From the IMG/VR virus record IMGVR_UViG_3300046490_000039, positions 1-64,000 of that record: a stretch of 64,000 nucleotides of DNA; one strand, given 5' to 3'. This document shows, in pieces, positions 28,308 through 36,990 of the stretch. How positions within the stretch are numbered: position 1 is the stretch's first letter; each line of letters opens with the position of its first letter. This stretch comes from a virus (Duplodnaviria > Caudoviricetes). The notes under the pieces are model-generated. The model was not told where the DNA came from. It worked only from the letters and a program-made list of their open reading frames with translations, and ran no database searches. The translations under genes were made by a program, and so were the position numbers.

Positions 28308-28817
28308 ATGCCCACGTCCGTTGAATGGCTGCGCCCGGAAGCGCTTGCCGAAATCACCGCCATCAACCCGCAGACCATCCTCGATATCGGGGCGGGTGCC
28401 GGGATGTGGAGACGCTCGTACCCGTACGGCACGTGGACCGCTGTCGAGATCTGGGAGCCGTACGTGGAGCGGTTCGCTCTCCACAACCTCTACGACACCG
28501 TGATCCTCGGGGATGCCCGCCATGTCGACCTCGGTGGCACCTACGATCTCGTGATCGCTGGCGACGTGCTGGAGCACGTGCCCGATCCGCTGGCCCTGTT
28601 CAATCGGTTGCGTGAGGTGGCGTCGTACGTGCTCGTGCAGATGCCGGTGATTCACTGGCCGCAGGACGCCGTGCAGGGAAACCCGTACGAGGTGCACGTG
28701 GCCGACGTTGACCTGGAGACACTTCAATCGTGGCCCGGCGTGCTCCGCACCTACGTGGCCTACGGTATGGGTCTCGCCATCGCCACGGGGCTTCAGCCGG
28801 TCCGGGAGCAACCGTGA
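28308..28817 (+). CDS. Class I SAM-dependent methyltransferase
   Basis: ILDIGAGAG, AVEIW, YDLVIAGDVLEH; TACACT-N6-ATG. Confidence 0.88.
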   Translation: MPTSVEWLRPEALAEITAINPQTILDIGAGAGMWRRSYPYGTWTAVEIWEPYVERFALHNLYDTVILGDARHVDLGGTYDLVIAGDVLEHVPDPLALFNRLREVASYVLVQMPVIHWPQDAVQGNPYEVHVADVDLETLQSWPGVLRTYVAYGMGLAIATGLQPVREQP

Positions 28818-29491
28818 TCGCTCTGGTCGTGTTCACGAACGGGCGCTCGACGATCCACCGTACGATCGCTAGCGCTGAGGCGAACCTGAAGGGTCCAATC
28901 TCAGAGCGCTGGATTCACGACGACAGCGGCGACCCCGCCAACCACGAGATGCTCCGAACGACCTATCCAGCCTATCGGCTGATTGCCCCGGATCACAACC
29001 TCGGTTTCGGCGGTGCCATCAACAACGCCTGGAGGACGCTCCGCAGAGAGAGCCGTGCCGAGTACGTCTGGCACCAGGAGGATGACTTCACCTTCAACCG
29101 TGAGGTGGATCTCTACGAGCTGATCTCCGTGCTCAACCTCAGGGAGCATCTCGTGAACCTGGCCCTGCGCCGACAGCCGGTGAACGAGCAGGAGATGGCG
29201 GCCGGTGGCGTGGTCGAGTCCTGGCCCGACGCCTACGTTGACATGGTTGACAAGAACGATCCGGACCGTCAATGGCTGGAGCACCGTCTGTTCTTCACCA
29301 CGAACCCCGGACTATACCGACGCCAACTGCTCTGGGACTACGACTGGCCAACCGAGTCCGGTAGCGAGGGCACCTTCACGAACACCGTGCTCGGTCTGGA
29401 CCGACTGGCAACCTTCGGCTACTATGGCAGTCGAGACTCTGGTGAGGCAGTGTGCCACATCGGTGACCAACGAACAGGAACAGGCTACTGA
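28814..29491 (+). CDS. Glycosyltransferase (GT-A fold)
   Basis: IHDDSGD, GFGGAINNAW, WHQEDDF, FTTNP, HIG. Confidence 0.8.
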   Translation: MIALVVFTNGRSTIHRTIASAEANLKGPISERWIHDDSGDPANHEMLRTTYPAYRLIAPDHNLGFGGAINNAWRTLRRESRAEYVWHQEDDFTFNREVDLYELISVLNLREHLVNLALRRQPVNEQEMAAGGVVESWPDAYVDMVDKNDPDRQWLEHRLFFTTNPGLYRRQLLWDYDWPTESGSEGTFTNTVLGLDRLATFGYYGSRDSGEAVCHIGDQRTGTGY

Positions 29492-30162
29492 TGACCGTCT
29501 ACGACGACAGCTTCTACGACACGATCCGTGACGGAGCGCAGCGCTCCGCCATGCTCACCGTGCCGATCGTGACCAAGGCCCTCGGCTACGTGCCACCCAA
29601 GGTGATCGACATCGGGTGCGGCGAAGGGCACTGGGCCAAGGCGTTCGCTGATCTCGGTTCCGAGGTACTCGGGATCGACGGCGAGTACACGGCCGACAAG
29701 ACCGTGCTCGGTGACCGATTCCTGCCGTTCGACATCTCGCAGCAGTTCGCCGGGAACATCGCCGGGACCTACGATCTCGCCGTGTGTCTGGAGGTTGCCG
29801 AGCACCTGTACCCGGAGCGGGCACCATCGTTCGTAGCTGAGCTGACCGACCTCGCACCGGTCATCCTGTTCTCCGCTGCCATCCCCCGACAGGGCGGCAC
29901 GCATCACGTGAACGAGCAGTGGCCCGGCTACTGGGTGAGCCTCTTCACCGAGCGTGGCTACGATGTGAGCGGTGCTCTCCGTTGGCTGATCTGGCAGGAC
30001 CCTCGGATCGAGAACTGGTACCAGCAGAATCTCATGCTCGCTGTCCGACAGGGATCACACACGAAGGCCATCGACAAGCTGTTCGCTGGCCCGCACACCG
30101 ACCCGTTCCCGGTCGTTCACCCCGTGCTCTACGGTGCTCGGACGGGGGCGATCTACCCGTGA
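29491..30162 (+). CDS. Class I SAM-dependent methyltransferase
   Basis: VIDIGCGEG, DLAVCLEVAEH, FSAAIP.QGG..HVNEQ. Confidence 0.88.
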   Translation: MTVYDDSFYDTIRDGAQRSAMLTVPIVTKALGYVPPKVIDIGCGEGHWAKAFADLGSEVLGIDGEYTADKTVLGDRFLPFDISQQFAGNIAGTYDLAVCLEVAEHLYPERAPSFVAELTDLAPVILFSAAIPRQGGTHHVNEQWPGYWVSLFTERGYDVSGALRWLIWQDPRIENWYQQNLMLAVRQGSHTKAIDKLFAGPHTDPFPVVHPVLYGARTGAIYP

Positions 30163-30980
30163 CGACCGTAGGAGTGTGTATGGTCAAGGACGAGCAGGAC
30201 ATCATCGGCGTGACCGTGCGCCACATGCTCGACGAGGTTGACCACGTGATCGTAGCCGACAACATGAGCACCGACTTTACCCCTGAGATCCTCGACAACC
30301 TCGCTGAGACTTACGGGCGTCTGCTCGTGATTGACGACCTGGAGCCTGCGTACTTCCAGTCCGCCAAGATGACGGCGCTCGCTCTCCGTGCCCGGCTAGA
30401 GTTCGGCGCTGAATGGATCGTCCCCTTCGACGCCGACGAGTGGTGGTACAGCCCGTACGGTCGCATCGCTGACATCCTGACCGAGCAGCGTCTCGCCTAC
30501 GTGGTGAGCGCTCCCACCTGCGATCACGTGATGACGGCACTCGACCCTGAAGTGGACGTGAACCCCATATACCGTATGGGCTGGAGGCGCTCGTACCAGA
30601 ACCCGCTGCCGAAGGTGGCGTGCCGGTGGGCCGACGACATGGTGATCGGTCAGGGGAATCACGAGGTGTTCTACGACAACGCCGTCCCCCGCATCGACGG
30701 CATCCTGGCGATCCACCACTACCCGATGCGGTCCCTAGCACAGTTGGTCCGCAAAGTCAAGAACGGTGCGGCAGCCTACAAAGCTGGCGGCGAAGAGATC
30801 CCGCTCATGTACGGTGCACACTGGCGACAGTGGGGTGAGATCCTTGAGAGTGGTGGAGAAGAGGCGATCGAGGGTATCCTGAAGACGTACTACTGGCGAG
30901 AGCAGCCGGATCAGCCGCTCTTTCTCGATGGTGAGGAGCAGTCGCCCCTCGTGTATGATCCAGCTCGGAGGACCTGGTGA
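30159..30980 (+). CDS. Glycosyltransferase (GT2-like)
   Basis: MVKDE.D, VADNMSTD, WIVPFDADEW, GNH, HHYP.RS. Confidence 0.85.
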   Translation: MTTVGVCMVKDEQDIIGVTVRHMLDEVDHVIVADNMSTDFTPEILDNLAETYGRLLVIDDLEPAYFQSAKMTALALRARLEFGAEWIVPFDADEWWYSPYGRIADILTEQRLAYVVSAPTCDHVMTALDPEVDVNPIYRMGWRRSYQNPLPKVACRWADDMVIGQGNHEVFYDNAVPRIDGILAIHHYPMRSLAQLVRKVKNGAAAYKAGGEEIPLMYGAHWRQWGEILESGGEEAIEGILKTYYWREQPDQPLFLDGEEQSPLVYDPARRTW

Positions 30981-31024
30981 TGTTCGTACTCTTGCTCTGT
31001 GTCTGCTTCCTCATTGGCAGCTAC

Positions 31025-31072
31025 CGTGCGTTCGCCAAGCGAGAGCGTGCGTTCGCCAAGCGAGAGCGTGCG
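31025..31072 (+). repeat. 21-bp tandem duplication within a small membrane-protein ORF (30977-31186)
   Basis: CGTGCGTTCGCCAAGCGAGAG x2 plus a partial copy (RAFAKRE repeat). Confidence 0.8.
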
Positions 31073-31543
31073 CTCGACGACTACAAGCGCTCGCTCGATC
31101 AGCGCAGCGAAGCGCTCTCGGCGTGGCACGCCTCCCTCATGGTGGGCCACCTATGGGAAAGGAAGACCGATGACCAACGACCCTGAATTCCTCGTGACCG
31201 AGGTGCACACCGGCCGGACCGGAGCGCTCGTGCGTACAGCGGGCTACGTGCTCGGATCTCACTACGTGTCACCCGGCTTCCGTATCGAGTGGGACGACGC
31301 CCGCACCGACGACGATGATTGGGACGACGAGTAGTGGCGATCGGCAGCGGCGGCGAGATCGGCGTGACCTTCGCTCGGTGGGGGGAAATGGATGACGCCT
31401 CCCGTGCGGCGTGGCACGCTTACATGAGAACGCACTGGGGCACCGACCTGCTCGGTGGCTACGCCAAACTCTGCACGCCTGACCCGGAGATGGTCCGCTT
31501 CTATCAGGAAGTCACCTGGACTCAGGTGTAGGGAAGAAATCTC

Positions 31544-31579
31544 TTGACATCCTGGACCGGATGGCGCATAATGAAGTTG
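31544..31579 (+). promoter_or_regulatory. Conserved promoter copy 5
   Basis: TTGACA-N17-CATAAT-GAAGTTG. Confidence 0.88.
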
Positions 31580-31608
31580 CACCCCCCAGCCACCACACAG
31601 GAGCAACC

Positions 31609-32139
31609 GTGACTGAAACCACCACCGTGACCAAAGCCGAGATCGAGATGCGTATCCGCAAGGGTCTGGCCGAGCTGGCCGAGAACCTCGGACTGAAGAC
31701 CGTTCCCCGTCCCGTGATCAAGTGGGACCTCAAGGGCACGAGCACCCTGGGCCAGGCCTGGGGCACGACCAAGATCCGCCTCCACCCCGAGGCGCTCGCC
31801 AAGCTGGGCGAAGAGTACGTGCAGACAGCGCTCCACGAGGCCGCCCACGTCGCTGTGAGCCAGCTCAGGCACGAGACCGACTACTACGCACGCCGTGAGG
31901 GCCAGTGGTCGGCTCACGGTGCCCAGTGGAAGCGTGCGATGCGCTCGATCGGTCTCCGACCGGATCGCTGCGCCACCGTCGCCCCCGGCACGCTGACCCC
32001 CGCTCGCACGGTGCAGCGGTTCGTGGTCAAGTGCGCTTGCCGTGATCACGAGATCACGAAGACCCGCCTCAACAAGCTGAGCACCTACAAGTGCAAGTCG
32101 TGTGGGAGCAACCTGATCCTGGTCGGCCCGGTCAAGTGA
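31609..32139 (+). CDS. SprT-like zinc metalloprotease
   Basis: LGQA, HEAAH, HG..WK..M, CAC..H..YKCKSCG. Confidence 0.85.
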   Translation: MTETTTVTKAEIEMRIRKGLAELAENLGLKTVPRPVIKWDLKGTSTLGQAWGTTKIRLHPEALAKLGEEYVQTALHEAAHVAVSQLRHETDYYARREGQWSAHGAQWKRAMRSIGLRPDRCATVAPGTLTPARTVQRFVVKCACRDHEITKTRLNKLSTYKCKSCGSNLILVGPVK

Positions 32140-32234
32140 GCTGGTCAGATCGGATCGACAGCCTCATCTACCTGGGGGTTTACGCCGCTTTCCTGGGGGG
32201 TATGTGGGCGCTCGTGCGCCACTAGACTAGGGGG

Positions 32235-33307
32235 GTGATCCCTCACCCGCTGGTCGAGATCTGGTGGCACGACGCCCACCCGCTCACCGGGTGGATGGCG
32301 TTCGATGACATCCCCACTACGCCGAGGGTCATCCGGACCGCTGGGTACCTCGTGCGGGACACGCTGCCCGGACACTACCTAGTGGTGCAGTCGGTCGACG
32401 TGGAAGCGAGCACGTTTGACGCCGGGATCGCAGTGCCGATCGGCATGGTCGTCGAGATCAGATACCTGGCCGAACTCTAGATCCTGGTGTAGGGTTCCCT
32501 CTATGGAAGAGGCGCAGGTCACAGAGAGTCCACTCGCACGATTGCAGAAGGTCATGGCCGATCGTCGGCGTGGCCCGCAGCGTGCGTACGGAGCACGGGA
32601 GGCTCGTCGTGCGAACGAGCGAGCACTGAAGCGGGAACGGAGCAAGTACATCCGCAACCAACAGAGTCTCGACGGCAAGATCATCACCGACAAGAAGGCG
32701 TGGCTGAAGCGTCACTACGGCAACCCCGCCCGCCGCAACGATGCGCTCGTGTCGTGGTTCGTGGTCGAGAACGCCAAGCGTGGCTACGAATGAGCGTCAA
32801 GTACGAACAGCAGTCGGCACGTGGCGTCCGCATCTACGACGACGCACTGGCCATGGCCAAGGGCTTCAGCGACATCTTCGACGGGCGTGAGTACGTGATC
32901 GTCTGGATGGGTAGCGAGCGTGCCTACGACGTGGAACCCCGCCTCCCCGCCGACCGGCTCGGTGGCTACAACGTGATCGCCATCGTGTCCACGAACTCGA
33001 TCCAAGAGCTGAATCCTGGACTAGGGTAGGACCTATGGCTACCATCCTGAATCCGCCTCCCGTCTCGGAAGAGACCGACTGGCGCATCCCCCGCCCGTCC
33101 GATCGCTTCACCGATGTCCTGAAGCAGGTCGCCCACAACGGAGAGTGGCACGTGATCACCCGCAACGGCGGCTTCACCGTGGGCGAGCAGCAGGCCCGCA
33201 GCCTCAACACCGGCCAGGGTCCGTACGAGTGGGGGTATCGGGTCTACGCTTCCAACGGCGTGCTCGTGTCCGACCTCGCCGTCCGCTGGGTCGGTGACCG
33301 CAAGTGA
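32235..33307 (+). CDS. Four small hypothetical genes
   Basis: 32235-32480, about 32503-32793, 32790-33029, 33035-33307; several have TAGxxT-N6/7 starts. Confidence 0.6.
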
Positions 33308-34023
33308 CAGTGGGAGACCCCATCCTCTGGCAGAACTCCACCACCTCGTACGCCCACGACCCGGCTCTGGATGCGCTCGTGGCCGAGAAGCTGACGCAGG
33401 AGATCCGTGCGGCCAAGGCCGACGCAGACCTGGCTGAGACGCTCTCGGACGCAGCGAAGCTTGCCCACTCCAAGGACGTGCGCCGCTGGAACTTTGAGAC
33501 GGCCGGTGACGCCGACAGTCGAGTGTTCCGGTTCCCCACCTCGATCACTCAGGACTCGGTGAGCGCCGTGATCGACACGCTCTCTCGCTGGGACCGCCTC
33601 GATGTCGACAAGCCCGAGCGCACGTACGAGTTGTATCTGACCTCGCCCGGTGGTAACATCATGCCCGGCGTGTCGCTCTACAACTTCCTGGTGCGACTCG
33701 CTCGGAACCGTCCGCTCGTGACCGTGGCCTCAGGATTCTGCGCCTCGATGGCGACCGTGATCCACCAGGCGGGCACCACCCGACTGATCGAGGCGGGCAC
33801 GAGCTACCTGATCCACGACGCCTCGACCTCTGCGTACGGCGACGTGTCGTCGCTCCGTGACACGGCAGAGTGGATCGAACGAATCAACAAGGACCTGCAC
33901 AGCTTCCTCGCTCGGCGCTCTACGCTGTCGGTCGAAGAGATCGCAGACAAGTCGAAGCGCAAGGACTGGACCCTGACCGCTGAACAGACCGTAGAATTCG
34001 GCTTTGCCGATGGATTGATCTAG
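33304..34023 (+). CDS. ClpP-like serine protease
   Basis: LYLTSPGG, GFCASMAT (Ser), LIHD (His), D..LTAEQ.VEFGFAD. Confidence 0.88.
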   Translation: MTVGDPILWQNSTTSYAHDPALDALVAEKLTQEIRAAKADADLAETLSDAAKLAHSKDVRRWNFETAGDADSRVFRFPTSITQDSVSAVIDTLSRWDRLDVDKPERTYELYLTSPGGNIMPGVSLYNFLVRLARNRPLVTVASGFCASMATVIHQAGTTRLIEAGTSYLIHDASTSAYGDVSSLRDTAEWIERINKDLHSFLARRSTLSVEEIADKSKRKDWTLTAEQTVEFGFADGLI

Positions 34024-34031
34024 GAGATCAC

Positions 34032-34454
34032 ATGACCACGACCTACTATTCCGCTGACCAGTACGCCGGTCCGGTCGCCAGCTTCATGCAGGCGGCGGGC
34101 CAAGCTGTGTCGGTTCCGCTCGACCGTGACACACCGTCCTCGGTAGTCGACCTCCGGCTCCGTCTCATGGACGAGGAACTCTCCGAGGTGTTTGAGGCGA
34201 TCAACCTGCACGATCCCGTGCTGGTCGCTCACGAGCTGGCCGACCTCCTGTACGTGGTGTTCGGCACGGCCGTCGCCTTCGGCATCCCGATCGACGAGGT
34301 GTTCGCCGCCGTCGCTCGTGCCAACATGAGCAAGATCAACAGCGCCACGGGTGTCCCGTACGAGGTTGAGCTGGGCAAGGTCAAGAAGGGTCCGGACTAC
34401 TACGACCCGACCGCTGATATCACCGAGATCATGCGGACTAAGCTGGTCGGGTAA
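34032..34454 (+). CDS. MazG-like / PRA-PH-like NTP pyrophosphohydrolase
   Basis: RLRLMDEELSE, ELADLLYV..G, ANMSK, GKVKKGP.Y. Confidence 0.85.
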   Translation: MTTTYYSADQYAGPVASFMQAAGQAVSVPLDRDTPSSVVDLRLRLMDEELSEVFEAINLHDPVLVAHELADLLYVVFGTAVAFGIPIDEVFAAVARANMSKINSATGVPYEVELGKVKKGPDYYDPTADITEIMRTKLVG

Positions 34455-34681
34455 TGAGCAACGAGTACGACGACCTTCACAGGCGCATCTACCCCGGCAC
34501 CAGCACCGACCCGCACATGGTCCAAGCGTTGGCCGACATCCGTGCCCAATCGCTAGCTCTCGGCTGTCAGATCCTCAGCACCTTCTACGCCTCACGTGAG
34601 CGCTCGCTGGCGCTGACTGCGCTGCAAGAGTCCGTCATGTGGGTCGCTGCCGCCGCCTCGCAAAGGGTACCGGTCGAGTGA
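34454..34681 (+). CDS. Acb2/Tad1-hairpin-like small protein
   Basis: SRERSLALTALQESVMW motif. Confidence 0.55.
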   Translation: MSNEYDDLHRRIYPGTSTDPHMVQALADIRAQSLALGCQILSTFYASRERSLALTALQESVMWVAAAASQRVPVE

Positions 34682-35197
34682 AGTACACGGTCCGGATCGA
34701 GTGGCCCGACGAGCACGCCCTATCGACCCTGGTGGCGCACGACATCGCCCACAGCATCATCGACGGCAACCTCGTGATCCACTTCAAGAACGGACAGGAC
34801 CTCACGATCGAGTACGGGAACGTGCTGGAGATCGAACTCTGATGGAATTCGACCCGACGAACCACTCGTGGGCAATGGTCCGCTACTACCTGGACTCACT
34901 GACCTCCAGGAAAGAGCGTAGGGCTAGTCCACGGGTGGAAGCGCTCGATGACCTGATCCATCGGAACCTACGCCAAGAGCTTGCTACGATGATGTCTGAC
35001 GACGATGACGACTTCTAGGGTGCACAAGATCCTCCGCAAGCGGGCGACCGCTGCAATGCTGGGCAACGAGTCTACCGTGAAGTTGCAGCCGAGTCAAGTC
35101 CTCATGCTGCTCGACATCATCGACGAGCTGGAGGCGCAGGCCGCTACCGGCAGAGAAATTCTGACCGAATCGCCCGCTCCCGCTGTACCATGAGCGC

Positions 35198-35905
35198 ATG
35201 ACGATCTTGCAAAGCAACGAGGCCTTCGGCGGAGCGCCGACCCTGACCGATGTCCGCACGGCGGTCTGCATGCTGCTCGGGCAGAAGCGTAAGCGCCAAG
35301 AGGACTGCGCCTACATCTCCGACGATCTCGTGATCGTTGCCGATGGCATGGGCGGACAGGCTGACGGCGACAAGGCGTCCGCTCTCGCCGTCACTGCGAC
35401 CGAGAAGTACCTCCACGCCGAGGTGCTAGGGCTGGACGCCACCGGCCAAGTCACGGCGGCCTTCATGGCGGCCAGTGACGCCGTACTTGGAATCAGCGAG
35501 GGTAGAACCCGGACGGCACCCGCCGCTACGATGCTCGTCGGTCTCCGTACCGGAGAGCACGAGATGGTGGTCGGGCACATCGGTGACTCACGGATCTACA
35601 GCTACTCCGCTGGGTCACTCATGCAGCTCACCACCGCCCACGAGAACTGGGATGGCTCGATCTCCCGGTACCTCGGATGGGGCAGTAACGGCTACCCCGA
35701 CACCTTCACCGTCATGTCCCCGGAAGGTGGCCGACTGATCCTCGCCACGGACGGCCTCTTCGGCATGATCTCCGACGAGCGGATCGCTTTGCTCTGCAAG
35801 AACCACGAGAACGAAACGGCGCTCGATCTCGCCAAGGCGCTCGCCCACGACGCCAACGACGCTGGCGGGCACGACAACGTGACCGTGGCGGTGGTGGAGC
35901 TGTGA
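35198..35905 (+). CDS. PP2C/PPM-family Ser/Thr phosphatase
   Basis: R..QED, VADGMGG, HIGDSRIY, LATDGL, GGHDNVT; TACCAT-N6-ATG. Confidence 0.92.
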   Translation: MTILQSNEAFGGAPTLTDVRTAVCMLLGQKRKRQEDCAYISDDLVIVADGMGGQADGDKASALAVTATEKYLHAEVLGLDATGQVTAAFMAASDAVLGISEGRTRTAPAATMLVGLRTGEHEMVVGHIGDSRIYSYSAGSLMQLTTAHENWDGSISRYLGWGSNGYPDTFTVMSPEGGRLILATDGLFGMISDERIALLCKNHENETALDLAKALAHDANDAGGHDNVTVAVVEL

Positions 35906-36556
35906 AGGCCAAGGGCGTAGCACTCCGGGCGCTCCAGCAATTTGTGTACGGTCAAGACGACCGCATCTCCGCCCTGGAGGGGCGAATCGACGAGCTGGCC
36001 AACACACTGACCTTTGCGCTGGCCCGCCTCTCTTCCGCCGAGGCCGAGCTGCTGAGGCACAAGAGCACGCCCGCCCCGTACACTTCACCGACCATCTGGC
36101 CGAACACCCCGTGGGTCTCCCCCACCATCTGGTCCAGCACCGGGCTGCCGCTCAACGTGTGCATCTTCGGCTCCAGCCCAGACTCACCGGAAGACCTTGC
36201 CCGCAGGGTGCAAGAGACCTACGTCCAAATCAAGCACCGAAGGAAGCCATGAAGCCTATCGACATCGCAGACGATCTGCGCCCGCTGATCGACCACATCA
36301 ACCGGGTCAACGGGTCCAACCTCGTGCTCACCGTGGCCGACAACGAGGTCCTCGTTGAGGAGCACGACGTACCGCTCGTGATCATCGAGAACGTGCACGA
36401 CTCGATCGAGGCCCACACGGCCGTCTACAAGTCGCTCCACCTCTGGGGGCTGACGGTCTAGGATCTCCAGGAAAGTTGCGTGCCGCAGTCTTGTGCAAGC
36501 ACGGCCAGCCCGTGAGCGAGAGTGGAAGCTGTGAACCTCTCGGCGCAACTTTCTTG

Positions 36557-36623
36557 GAAATAACCCTCTGACCAGGGGGTTTGTCGCTTGACATTCTGAT
36601 CGGGAAGGCGCATAATGAAGTTG
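36557..36623 (+). promoter_or_regulatory. Conserved promoter copy 6 with upstream 21-bp element
   Basis: GAAATAACCCTCTGACCAGGG; TTGACA(36588)-N17-CATAAT-GAAGTTG. Confidence 0.88.
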
Positions 36624-36927
36624 TGCCGCTGGGAAGCGTCACGGAGGACCTTGACAACTGAAGAGCGATGCAGAGCGCACGGCCCCACGAGGTGCCCACG
36701 CAAGTACGACAATGAAGCGCCCTACGGCACATAAGCCCGGAGAGACACTACTCTTCTCTCCACGGTGAGCGGTGTTCAATGAAGGTGGTGGAGTCCGAAC
36801 GGTAAGTGGAGCGAAGAGGGAGTCAGCGACGAAGCAAGTAGCGGAGGGTAACCCGGCGTGGCCACAATGGGGGAGAGGAAGCGAAAGCGATCGGCTTGCC
36901 GTGAGTTCTGCACTGCTCTTCAGGTTG
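36623..36927 (+). ncRNA. Candidate ~300-nt structured ncRNA enclosed by a 26-bp stalk
   Basis: 36658-36683 pairs with 36898-36923 (2 G-U, 2 mismatches); boxA-like CTTGACAACTGAA; internal GNRA hairpins; no plus-strand ORF in the track. Confidence 0.7.
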
Positions 36928-36990
36928 ACTATGTGACACCCCTCTGCTAGTCTGATCTCGTACCGCCGACCGAAAGGCCCACCACCCACC

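Noticed and set aside
31025-31072. 21-bp tandem repeat as a regulatory or contingency locus
   Set aside because: It is a simple in-frame 7-aa duplication in a small ORF, with only two full copies.
31561-31608. Apparent shared N-terminal peptide MAHNE/AHNEV in several ORFs (518, 25292, 31561)
   Set aside because: It is the translated promoter motif GCGCATAATGAAGTT, not a protein motif; the true starts are downstream.
36623-36927. tRNA, tmRNA or RNase P RNA identity
   Set aside because: No T-loop GTTCRA/CCA cloverleaf, no tmRNA ends and no GAGGAAAGTCC P4 motif were found.
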